Of a stretch of DNA of 64,000 nucleotides, positions 25,744 through 37,405 are shown piece after piece. Positions within the stretch are counted from its first letter, which is position 1, and the number at the start of each line of letters is the position of its first letter. Source of the stretch: Pocillopora damicornis (Eukaryota); the NCBI RefSeq assembly GCF_003704095.1, contig NW_020846086.1, positions 372,001 to 436,000 on the forward strand, given 5' to 3'. The position numbers and the translations under genes are program-made. The notes under the pieces were generated by a model. The model was not told the DNA's origin. It saw nothing but the letters and a program-made list of their open reading frames with translations, and searched no databases.

Positions 25744-28234
25744 CTAAAATCCCACGTGAGAAACATGCGCTGTGGGGTAAGACAGCTGAGGATGGCAGAG
25801 AACCGGTGAGAATCCTGACTGACAGTAATTATATGGCATGTTATTACCAGGGTGACAGTGTTGGTTGCAATGATGAATTCCCGGATGGTGGGGACCATAC
25901 ACGTTCCCGGATGATCTGACACTAAATTCCATCTCTGCCGCTATTTTTCTTTTCCATTTGGTCCGGCGATTTTGAAACCAGATTTTAATTTGTGTTTCGG
26001 TCAGCTTGAGAGATTTTGAAAGCTCTGTTCGACGAGAAATGGTCAAATATTTGCTTCTGCGAAATTCGCCTTCAAGTTCTTTAACTTGTGTTGTGGTGAA
26101 AGCCGTTCTTTTACGCTTCTTTGACGGATCTCGGCATCTTCGTCGCTCTCTTGAGCTGCTTTCTTGTTGTATAACTGGAAGAGAAGAATGATTTTTAATT
26201 TAGCTTTCGCTGGTACCTTTTACTTGACTTGCCGTTTTGAAATATTGTCCCTAACCTTTTTTACAAGAAGCTGCCTTCTGATATCTCTTTTCTTTTTTTT
26301 TAGCTCGTTGAAAACTCTTGTACATATTGGAAAGTTCTTTTAATCCTTTCACTCCCAATTCTCCCCCCGTCTGCCATTCAATTCTTATGATGTTGGTTTG
26401 GAGAATTTGATATTGGATCAACTAGCAATCCCCTAATAGATATTTAAGTTTATTCTCACCACTTTTCTTCTTGATATTATATTGATATTGTAAGGAGAAA
26501 TTCTGTCTTGGTCGCTCAAGGGAGTTGAAGGGTTAAATATGGTTTGTTAGGATGGATTAACACCAAAGAGGCAGAGAAAAAAAAATAAACTAATAAGGTA
26601 GATGTTAAAGAAGATTAACACGAGTTATTGATTTCAGCCGAATTGCTCGAAATGGCCAAACTGAACATAGAGAATCAATATACTGATAGGCTAAGGTAAG
26701 AGAATGTCTTAAAGCTTCGTAACTCCTTAAATGGGTAGTTAATTTCGCTTAGCTATCAGAGAACATCTTCAGTATACAAGTGATGAGAATTAAGAAATAA
26801 CAGCAGGATTGTTTGATTAACACAAATCTAGAATTCTCGGTACTAAAAAATTTATTGTAAATGTAAAGGAAAATTAATACTGAGATCCTGAGATCGAAAA
26901 CGGTTGACATGATAATCAGACCATTACTTGATGCACCATGAAATTTATCGCCTCCATAAATACTTGAGGGAGATTTTACAAAGTTGAGAAAACCTTATTT
27001 CATCACCACCCCTGAGGTCTGAGGAAATTGTTATTCATTTTACACATCTGATGTGAAAGAGCTCTTACACTTTCTTTACACCAGAAGTGCCCACACCGTG
27101 AGAAAAACTGTAATACTTCACTTCCTAAAAACATAAACTTGAACAAATCACCGCTGAAAACAGAACACGTTTTAAAGAAACTGAACAAAGCTTGCTTTTA
27201 AAGACTTCTGCGAAAAGATTTGCACAGGTCTGCCAAATATTTATCTGAAATATATATTTTTTTAATTTACTAGTAAGAGACGTTTCTTGATTTCAGTCAT
27301 TTAAATTGCCTGTAGCCTTAAATGCTATTCTGCCCAAATAAAACTAGCCTACTGCATGAAAAGAAGCGGCATGCTTTGTTGGTCGAAAATCCATTGAAAA
27401 CCGAGGACCGCAATCGAACTATAACCTTCCTAGGTTTTTCTTCCCTTTTTATGAGCTTAACCGTACATTCCTTCAAAAAACCCCGCAGAATGAGAACCTC
27501 CCCGAAGTTCTGCGTTCCCAGATTACCATAAGTCCATTTCGTGCGACTTCTTAAAGATAATTGCCACGTTACACGATATTCTCTAAATAACTATTATTTT
27601 TCCATGAAAGGATAGCAATCTTATGCTTGAAAAACACCAGGTCACATATAAATTGATAAGATCAGTTTCCAGTTATGAAAAAAACTAAAACTATTTGTCG
27701 TTTTAATTCCACTTCTCAGAAGTCTTCAGGGAAAGACAGATATTGATTTAAAAAAAATAATAAACTTCAAAAGAAGCCTATCCGTCAAACGAGGTAAATC
27801 TCGTTGCTTAAGCGTTCACAATTCGAAGATAATATGACAAGCAAGGCCTCCTCAACTCACCTCCAACAGGCGTCATTTGTAATCTTCCCTTTGAGGTTGG
27901 TTGACAGAAGTATTAAATTTTGTCGTTAATAAATCAGTTATGCTTATCTAATTCGTGGCACCTAATCGGTTCATTTAAGGTATTCTGATCTCTTACCGGT
28001 TGTTTTTCGTGATCTGTCGAACGGAGGGCATGCATGTGGCTGATAGTGCTGCCATGTATTCAGGCCGCCGTAAAGGAATGGAGGACATAACTGAAAGTCT
28101 CGCTGTACACTCTCGCTTACGTTAGCTGGAAGTTCAAGTTTTAAACTTGTCGGAGCTTCTTCTCCCTTGCTACTAAGAATGTTATCTATTGAGAAACTGG
28201 AGGATCTGATGAAAGCTGTGGATTGAGCTTCCAT
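25744..28234 (-). CDS. Nedx: Second Nedx-like (NK-like ANTP) homeobox gene, 2 exons (28234-27997, 26174-25744), ~222 aa
   Basis: Exon 1 [20 protein letters not shown] carries an eh1 repressor motif (FSIDNIL). The phase-1 intron has GTAAGA at 27996 and CAG at 26177-26175. Exon 2 gives the full homeodomain [58 protein letters not shown], followed by IAAEMEF. Confidence 0.85.
26340..26536. mobile_element. TTAA-flanked (piggyBac-type) MITE in the Nedx-b intron
   Basis: TTAA-TCCTTTCACTCCC ... GGGAGTTGAAGGG-TTAA terminal inverted repeats, ~197 bp; internal similarity to the copies in RETSAT introns. Confidence 0.75.
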
Positions 28235-30044
28235 GGTATTCAGCTTGGGAAAGAGTCCGAGGTGGTGGTATCCACTTTCTTCAGAGGTTTCTTAGATCCC
28301 AAGTCAACGAGACGGAGTCAAGACGGACGTGTTTTGATAGGCAGCCTACGGTAAACGGGTTAAATACTGATCGATATCACACTGTGGAGCCTGTTATTAG
28401 CTTTAAGAGGATTTCATTGGCTAATTGATTAATTAAACTTAACCACTGTGAGTGTTTTTATCAACGGTTTGTTAATTTGATCAAATTGTGGTGACATTTT
28501 GTTTAGAAAAGCTCAACCAATTCGAAAAATTCCTCGGATGAATTTTTTATGTCTTAACCGAGCATAAAATAATTTGAAAGAATCGGGAAATTCCTGCACG
28601 CCTGCCATGTTTAGCGCTGAACAATGAAATTCACGCCGATAGTTATTATACAACAATTAAGCAGTCGCATTATCACACTATTAGCACACGGAATTATTCG
28701 TTTATTCTTGATTGTGATAAATCCCGGTACATTTTACTTAAGTAAATCAAAACTTGATTAAACTAATCTAGTATTTGTATATAAATCTCGATGCATAAAA
28801 CAAGCAACAGATGGTTAATTCAGCTTTTCTTTTTGCATTGTACTAAGTTGGCGTTTGCATCGGCTTGTTCAAAAGTTACCACGTTTAATAACTGCGCAGT
28901 AGGACATCGAGTGTTATTTCACTCCCGGTGGTGTGCCTGCTTGTTCTTTTCTCTCATAATAGACAGCAATAAAAAGAATTTGACAACAGTCTTTGTTGCG
29001 TGCGTTTAATTAACGTCTCCATCGATAGCTTGTGAAAGAACCCTTTTTGTTCTGTTTTTCTCGGATATGAAACCTTTGATTGAAACCACCTAAGGCTTGT
29101 GTCACCGGAGAGACAGAAGGCGCCTAAGTCAAAAACGGTTTACACTACGTAGAATTCCAATTGAAACTCTTCTTCGGAATTTATTTGTAGGTTAATAAGC
29201 ATTTCGTAGTTTACAATATTAAACTATTGTTTGAGCATAAAATTGCCTGAATAAACAGGGGCAAATTGGCTCCATGCTTCAGGGTAAAAGCGGCAGGTTC
29301 AAAGAACAAAAGTATTATTGCACGGTAAGTTATGGCATGGTAAATCCAAAAAGTTTCAAATTCTGTATAGGTACGAAAGAAACTCGCTTGCCTCGTGTTA
29401 AGACATGGTTTCTAAACTCGCATTTGAAAGTGAAAAATATCAAGATATAAATCAATTTGATACGGAGTAAAAAACTGTGGCTTGGAAAACAGAAGAAACA
29501 CCGCGGCCGTCACTCGATTGGACAGATATTGTGTGATGTCACATCTAAGGACAAATCATATATCATGCATTATTACAAGTGACAAATTCGACATTTGCAA
29601 TCAGAGCTGGGAATAAAAGACTTATTAAATGATTGTTAAATTGTCGCTAACTCTGCCCTGCTGTTTGATAAACTGATCGAAATAAAATGTTAGGAATGAT
29701 TTGTTCCACGCAGTCATCATGATCTCTCGTTTGTTTCTGAGTTGTTGTTTATGGAATCAAAAGAATTTTGGAAAGAAAGAATACTATGCCACATTTTGGA
29801 ATGTCCCATTGTACACGCACAAATTTGCTAATTCTTTTCGGTTCTCCTAAAATAATTATTTGGCCGTATGTGGTAGAGGTGAAACTGGTGTAACAAATTG
29901 TTCCTTACGCATGCGCGAAAGTTGGAGTTATTTGCATTAATTATTTGCATACATTTTACATAAATTATTAACATAAGGATAGGGGTTACCCGGAAGGTTA
30001 TTTTCAATATGGCAGCGAAAGCGACATAAATTGACAGTCTTTGA

Positions 30045-30113
30045 CTGAAGACAGGAGCCCATGGGCTCCTGCTGAAGATTACCAGGGGCCTATTACTGGG
30101 CTCCTGAGATTAC
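30045..30113. repeat. Two adjacent short palindromes, each flanked by an exact 7-bp direct repeat
   Basis: CTGAAGA[CAGGAGCCCATGGGCTCCTG]CTGAAGA (30045-30078) and AGATTAC[CAGGGGCCTATTACTGGGCTCCTG]AGATTAC (30076-30113). Confidence 0.85.
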
Positions 30114-30436
30114 TAAGAAGTTAGGTCGCTTCTTTTCTCGTTCACCATAGCTAAAAGTAATTTGACTTACACTGAGCGAGAAGAATTATTTTTCATACGT
30201 ATTTGTGGCGTATTTAGTTGCTTTTAAAAGCGAAACGCAATCACTGGTTTTTGAGATATAATTTGAGACCGGTTTTCGAGTAGGTCAAATTTGATGTACG
30301 TGGTAGTTTAAAGCCTAGAAAACGTTTAGATGGCTGCTTTGATCCTTCTTCTACAGCTGTGACTAAACGCTCTCAAACGCCCTCCAACGGTGCTATTGTT
30401 TTATGCACTTATTCGTGCTAGTGTTTGGGACCGATT

Positions 30437-30706
30437 ATGGCCGCCAAAAGGCCTATTGTTGAGCAAGGCGACACGCCGGGTAAGCCGGAAAACAAAAGGC
30501 AGTCGACCGAAGGGAGATCTAGGAAAAGTCTCCTCCAAGAAGGAAACATTCCAATAAAGTCCTCTGGAAGAAGGGGGTGGACAGACGCTGAATTTGCTTC
30601 TTTTGGAATGATACTAGTTGCGACAAATGGCCTATGCAGTCTGACCCCAAGTTTTGGGATAGTTGTGCCAATGTAGTCAAGAAGACTTGTAATTCTTCAA
30701 GGACAG
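30437..30706 (+). pseudogene. Frameshifted remnant of a small Trp-spaced (Myb/SANT/trihelix-like) protein, probably transposon-derived
   Basis: MAAKRPIVEQGDTPGKPENKRQ...RRGWTDAE continues after a frame change as ICFFWNDTSCDKWPMQSDPKFWDSCANVVKKTCNSSRTG and ends at an AG|GTTTGT donor. The W...W...FW spacing resembles helix-turn-helix DNA-binding ORFs of DNA transposons (inference). Confidence 0.45.
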
Positions 30707-31031
30707 GTTTGTCAAAGTTTTTTCAAGTGCATTATGTTTTTGATAACAGTGGATTGATTCTGGAACTCCATCCTTTGCTATAATTTCCATGATCCACTTT
30801 AGTTTACATTATTATACTTGTAATTATCGGTGTGTTTTAATTTCAGCAAGCTCAGTAACGCTGTAACTTTCTCGGTTCTTTTGTCTCTATGTAGGCCGGG
30901 GAGGTTACCTAGGAATAGTGGCCGCTCCTTCGCCACGCCTCAGGTTCTTCTCTGGTATCCAGGACCTCTCGAGCGTGACAAAACCATAGCCCATGATGCC
31001 TTACGCGCAATCGGAGTAATGAGAAACAAAC

Positions 31032-34000
31032 ATGGCTCTTGTGATGAAGTTTGTGGAGTTGGTTTCAACTTTTCTCCAAAATTCCTCTGGAACTTTTCTT
31101 TTCTTAACGTTACTTGTTGCAGTCCTTATACCGTTAGTTGTCTTCAGAATCCGTGCAAAGCTGAATAAAAGAGGACCAAACCCTTTCACCTTTGACTGTC
31201 GAAGGCCACCTCAACCCCTGGTCTTAGACCAGGCGGAACGGGACAAAGTGATCAAGCAAGGATTTGTTGCGCGGAAAGTGCCTGACAACCTCGATGCTAT
31301 CGTGATAGGTAGCGGAATTGGAGGGCTTACCTCTGCAGCCCTTTTGGCGAAGGCAGGAAAGAAGGTTCTGGTGTTAGAGCAGCATGATCAAGCAGGAGGA
31401 TGCTGCCATTCGTTTATAGACAAAGGTCTGTTTATGCTTTATAGTAACCTGTTGATCTGTCTGAGTTATCCGTAATCTGTAGCTTTCAGCTCTCTCTTGC
31501 ATCATCATTAATATGCTTACGGGTCGGGCAGAAGAGCCAGTGCAGCACATGACCCTAATACGGCTGGTCATTTTAAAGCGAACTTATAACAGGGTTTGGG
31601 AAGGTGGATGTGGCTTATTACGTAATGGTACATGGCAAGGGTTCTTTGTAGAAAAACGAGAGCAGGTGGATAGTAAAGTAACTCGAGATTTAGCTCAATA
31701 TTATTTGCAATGGCTGAATAGATAACAGCTTGGGTCATCGAAATTTTATCTAGAGAGCTCTATAATTGCATAGTTACAGAAAAATTATTCGATCTTCCAT
31801 GCCTGATGAAATTACTCAGATTAGCTAACGACTTTTTGGTTGATTTTATTGTTGCCTCAAAGACAGAGGCTCTTGGTACTCTTACGAGTCGACTGAAAGG
31901 CTTTTCTAGTCCATCACTTTTGAATGGTAGTGTTTTTTATTTTCTTTTCGCTACCCTAGGTTTGATAAATACTGATTTAGTAGTGTAAGCTGTTAAAACA
32001 ACAGGAAACATTTGCGTCAAGTGGAGTTATACATGGCTGTTTTTGTGTCATTCTTTAGAGATCTAGGTCAGAATGTGGAAATTTGTTGAAACTTAATCAT
32101 AATAAAACATTATGGTTGAAATTAGATACCTATGAAAAACCTGCATTCTTAGACAAGACCTATCTAGATTGGGTGATCTGAATTAGGAATAACATTCTTC
32201 TTACAATTTTCTCTTACATTTTGCCAGAAAATTATTAACTGTCAAACATTGTTACCAAATTCACAAACTTAATCAGCAAGTTGCAGAAATTGCATAGCAT
32301 TACATGATGATTTTGTAAATTACATACCTAAGAATTATCCCTTAACCTTTAAATTACAAAGATCTTATTGTTAATTCTCCCCTCCGGCTGATACCCATTT
32401 TCTTGTAAATTGGTTAGTTAAATTTGGCATTAGACCAAGATATCAACTTCTACCTGATGAATTTGAATATACTCATTACCTGTTCGTTGAATAATTTATG
32501 GGTATTGTAGGGGGGAAGTTACATCTTAATCAATTTTGGGTGTTTAAGGGTTAATTTATAATAGCAAATTTCATTTTTTTGCACCTTCTGGTTTACATTA
32601 CAGGTTATGAGTTTGATCCAGGTATTCATTACATTGGAGAAATGAACTGCACAGGGACAATGCGTCTTCTCTCAGATCAACTAACTGAAGGTCAGCTGGA
32701 TTGGGTTCCCCTTGAAAAACAATATGACACTGTAGTGATTGGCAATGGAGATAATGCAAGAAAGTACCCAATCTGTGGTGGACGGCAGAATGAATACCGC
32801 AATGCGTTGTATGAGAGTTTTCCAAAAGAAAGGAAAGCTATTGATCAATACATGAAACTGCTTAAGGTAAATATCATATTTTTGATACAGTTTTTGAGCA
32901 CTGGTTTTGTTATCCTACATGCGGCATCTCTAACAAATAAAAACCTCAACAGAATCTAGATGTACCTACAGTACTGTCCACCATGTGTCCAATGTGACAC
33001 AAAGGCAAATGAGCATGCCATCTGACTTGTCTGACTGACTGAGAAATAACCTGTCTTTGTAATTTAGAATCCTAAAGACTACTATGATTTTGTTTCATAT
33101 TGACACTGGAAAGATCACGATCAAGTCAACCCATACAAAATCTTGATTATGACATGCATTTTTCTGTTTACACGTGTTGATATGTATCTGGTAGTTCATG
33201 ATAGTACTATAACTTGCTCAAGAACTGTACTGGATATATGGGACTTCTTGTCTGTGGTCAGCTGGTGCCCATAACTGAATGAGCCCATGGGTAGCAGTTT
33301 AATGCAATGTTAGAACAAAATCACTGCTCAATTGCTTATTCTTTAACCAGTAAATGTAAACTTTGCTTTGTGAGCTTAACATTTCCATCACATGACAGGT
33401 GATGAGGACAAAACCCAAATTTGCCACCATGCATTGAAATCAAGAGTGAATTATCCAATTTTTGTCATATAAATACCTGACAGTCATTTGAAATTAAGTA
33501 AAAGATAGGTGTATATTTTAGCTTTATTTTAGCTTTATTTTATCTACAAGAGTGCACTGTCAGGCTGGTCACTTTACCCACCATTTTCATGGAATAAAAA
33601 GCAGTAATAGAAGAAGAGGCAATTAGATCATATTGTCTGTGATAGAATTCTAGTAGATTCATGCTAATTCAGTGAACAGACATTATGTGGTAGCTATTCC
33701 CAGGAATTTTTTAATGCCATTTACACTCTGTTTATGGTCCTTCATGTGCTAACTCAAGCTACAGTGTGGTGTAAAGAAGTAGGTAGATGGTAAATTCTGA
33801 AGGAGTTGTGCTATCAGGTTTTTTTTTTGTGGGATGTGAAAAATGCAAAAAATAATCATCAAAATTATTCCACAAATATAATGTGGCTTGATGGGATAAA
33901 AATGCAAGAGACTTGGCTGAAAAGGAGGATGATTAACCCTTTAACCGTTAAGAGTGACCAGCATCCAGTTTCTCCTTACAATACCACCCCTGAATCAAAC

Positions 34001-36892
34001 ATAACAGTCACAAGAATAAAGCAAATGATCAACAACTAAGGAAGCTCTTGATTGTTAAGCAGATTCTCCTTGTCAGCACCTTAGTGGAGAATATGTTTGC
34101 TGATGAAAGGGTTAAAGGTTAAGAACATAGGGGATAAAAATGGAATTGAAGTAATGAACTTGAAAACTCGGGGTAATTTTTCAGAATGTTCATGAACAGT
34201 GACTTGGTTTTATTAAGTTTGGTTTTCAAGGTCGAGAAGAATTGTTCTTAAAACTTTGTTTTTTCTTGTTAGAAAAATTTCATGTCTGAATCCTTTTTTG
34301 TAGGATGTTCGTAAATCAATGCCAGGTTATGTAGCTTTCAAACTCATGCCTGTGTGGTTGGCCAAATTCATGTTTACAACTGGAATTTCAAACTGGATGA
34401 CAAAGTTTTTCAAGTATTCTAAAAGATCAGTTGCAGAAGTGTTGGAAGAACTGACAGATGATAAGGATCTTCAAACTGTCCTGGCGTACAATTTTGGTGA
34501 CTATGGTAAGAGCTAGCAAACTTTGCGCCTTAGCCCATTCACCCTTAATCCTTTAACCCCTAAGAGTGACTGGCATCTAATTTCTCTTTACCATATCACC
34601 ACTGAATCAAACATTAAGGTCAGGAGAATAAAGGAGCCAATCACAAACTAAAGAAGTTCTTGATTGTTAGACAAATTCTCCTTGTCAGCACCTTAGGAAA
34701 TGTTTAGAGAACAGTATGGAGAATATGCATACTGATGTTAGTGTGTAAAGGGTTAAGAATGATTGGCTTCTTATTTCTCCTTAGAGTGTTACCCTTGAAT
34801 CAGATATTAAGGTTATAAGATTAAAGGAAATGATCACCAATTTTAGAAGCATCTGATTGTCAAACAAGATCTCTTTTTCAGTACTGTAGGAAATGAAAAG
34901 AGAACATTGCTGATAAGGGAGGGGAGGGAAGTGGAGGAAAAGAATGCTTCTGTTTACAAGATATTAAATGTGTTCATTTCCTATCGTTTTGTCATAAGTG
35001 TCCTACCAGTCATGTTAACCCTTTAACTCCCATGAGTAACCAAGACAGAATTTCTCCTTACAGTATCATAATTACAATATCAGCCAGATGAGTGATGAGA
35101 ATAAAGAAACATATCAATTTGGGTATAATTAGTTGATCCAATACTTAATTCTCTGAAGTAACATCATAAGAATTGTATGGTTGACAGCAGGGAGAATTAC
35201 AAATTTGATCTAGGAGTTAAATTTTATCAGCATTATGAGAAGAGCTCTTTATTCTAGTCATGAAATGTTTGAATTACCTTTCCAATAACGTTTATCTTTT
35301 ATTTGTTTATTTTCTCAAGGGACTCTTCCAGGAGAAGGCAGTTTTGCAATGCATGCCATACTTGCAAATCATTACCTATTTGGAGCATTTTATCCTCGTG
35401 GTGGGGCAAGCGAGATTGCTTTCCACATCATTCCGGTTATAGAGAAAGCGGGTGGAAAAGTTCTAGTCAGAGCAAGGGTCTCCAAAATTCTTGTTGAGGA
35501 AGCTTCTGGGAAAGTCCAAGGTAGGATGTTTGAAGAGACGCAAAGCTTTTGTTGTTGTTTCTTTTTGTGCATTACCCTCAGATTATTTTGCCTTAGAGCT
35601 AGCGTCAGCGCATCACGTCATTTTTTCATTCGTCTGTTATTAAAAATAATAAAGAACAATGCGGTAAACCTGCTATAGTACAAAAAGGGTCACAAGTACT
35701 ACAGAATAAAAGGATGATGAGTAAAAGGTGGGGAATAATTCCCTGATTTATAAATCATGAGCCGTTAAAAAAACTAAAGTGCAACTTTTCAAGGTGAAAA
35801 CCTTGTTCAAGTGATAATTGTTGAGTGTATAGAGGTAACTCAAGAGATGAACTTCCTGAACAAACATTAACCTCAGTTCAAAAGCAATAATTTGACTACA
35901 CTGTGGTTTAGTGGCAGACACAACATGACTCAACGTGATACCCAGTAACATGGCGTGACCTAACATAATTTATTGTTTTTATTTATCAAAACTGTTTTTG
36001 TTTTGTTTTGTTTTTTTCAGGTGTACGTGTTCAAAAGGGCGGTAGTGAGATGGATATTTTTGCTCCAGTTGTGATTTCGGCTGCAGGGATCTACAACACA
36101 TTTGAGACCCTTCTTCGATGTGAGGAACCCATACCCGACAAGAACCTGCTAAAATCCGAGGGTGTTCGTCATGGTTACGCGGCCATGTCGGTCTACGTCG
36201 GCCTCAAGGGGACGAAAGAGGACTTCAGACTAAAAGCTTCCAATGTATGGGCTTTCACCGACAACGAACTCGATAAAAGCACTAGGAAGTACTTACAGTC
36301 GGACGCTGCTACCGCCGGAACTGAAGATATTCCCCTTTTGTTTATCTCCTTTCCCTCGACTAAAGACCCCGAGTGGGACAGGAGACACCCCGGTAAAACG
36401 ACATGTACCGTCATCACTCTTGCCCCGTACGAGTGGTTTGAGCGTTGGGAGAACGAACGGGTTATGAAGCGGGGCGAGGAATACGAGGAATTCAAAAACC
36501 GTATCGGCAAGCGCATCTGGGAACAAACTTGCAAGCTCTTCCCGCAAGTTTGCGACCGGGTTGATTTCTTTGATGTCGGGAGTCCGTTGAGTAACAGATA
36601 CTACATCGCTGCTCCTCGTGGGGAGATATACGGGATTGATCATCACATTGACCGGTTCAGTCCCAACGCCGCGATGAAACTCCGCCCGGATACGTCCATT
36701 CCTGGGTTATACCTGACCGGACAGGATATCTTAAGCTGTGGGTTCGCTGGAGCGATGTTCAGCGGGGTGATTACTGCTTCAGCTGTCCTTAAGAGAAATT
36801 TATTCGCGGATATGAGTCGTCTTCAAACGGAGGTGAAGATAAAAGCAGCGAAGGAAAACGGAGTGGCCAGTGATGGTTTAGTCAAAGAGTGA
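31032..36892 (+). CDS. RETSAT: All-trans-retinol 13,14-reductase (retinol saturase; FAD-dependent, CrtISO/phytoene desaturase family), 5 exons (31032-31425, 32604-32866, 34304-34505, 35320-35520, 36021-36892), ~643 aa
   Basis: N-terminal hydrophobic anchor; [25 protein letters not shown]; dinucleotide-binding motif [10 protein letters not shown]; [14 protein letters not shown]; [12 protein letters not shown]; [18 protein letters not shown]; [11 protein letters not shown]; GLYLTGQDI. All introns are GT-AG and the phases add up to an open 1932-nt CDS. Confidence 0.95.
32342..32554. mobile_element. TTAA-flanked MITE, RETSAT intron 1
   Basis: TTAACCTTTAAA ... TTTAAGGGTTAA termini. Confidence 0.7.
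33933..34115. mobile_element. TTAA-flanked MITE, RETSAT intron 2
   Basis: TTAACCCTTTAACC ... AAAGGGTTAA termini; body aligns by eye with 34545-34756 (AAGAGTGAC, TGAATCAAACAT, ATTCTCCTTGTCAGCACCTTAG). Confidence 0.8.
34530..34920. mobile_element. Nested TTAA MITEs: intact copy 34545-34756 inserted in an older copy of the same family
   Basis: The inner element TTAATCCTTTAACCCC...GTAAAGGGTTAA interrupts TTAGCCCATTCACCC-TTAA-GAATGATTGGCTTCTTATTTCTCC..., which is a diverged version of the same sequence. Confidence 0.75.
35015..35220. mobile_element. Related TTAA MITE, RETSAT intron 3 (right TIR degraded)
   Basis: TTAACCCTTTAACTCC ... GGAGTTAA; shares TTTCTCCTTACA and TGAGAATAAAG motifs with the other copies. 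Confidence 0.7.
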
Positions 36893-37204
36893 TCCTAAAC
36901 TTATTTGGTCATAAACCAAACTCTACTTCTCGCAATGGAGCGTTTATCTAACTTTACTATTCCATATTACCTGATTGATTGATGAAGTTCGTAATTACTT
37001 GAGAGAGTTATAGAATCCTAAAGAAGGCTTTATTTGAAGGTGATGATGGTTCTCATTGAGTTGAATACTATTAATTAATTACGTAACGTTAATGAAAGGT
37101 GTGGAAATTATTTTTAATCAAAAACATATCTTTCGTAGAATGATAATATAAAAATAACAAAGGTTGAGAATTATGCCGATAACTCCAGCCGCCGCTTCAA
37201 ACAT

Positions 37205-37405
37205 TTAACCGTTTAAATCCTGACATCAGTAGGTAAATTTTCCATACTGTTCTTTATACACTTCCTTAGGTACTGACAAGGACAATTTGTTCAACTATCG
37301 AGAGTGATCTTAGTTGGTGATCATTTCTTTAATTCTCGTGACCATAATCTGATATTTAGGGGTGATATTGAAAGGAGAAATTAGATGCTAGTCCCTGTAA
37401 GGGAA
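37205..37405. mobile_element. Inverted, degenerate copy of the TTAA MITE family downstream of RETSAT
   Basis: Reverse-complement similarity to 34545-34756 (CCATACTGTTCT, CTGACAAGGA, GGAGAAATTAGATGC). Confidence 0.65.

Noticed and set aside
30045-30113. Reading the palindrome pair as a CRISPR-like array
   Set aside because: Only two non-identical units with an 11-bp spacer, in a eukaryotic context with no cas genes; TSD-flanked insertions explain it better.
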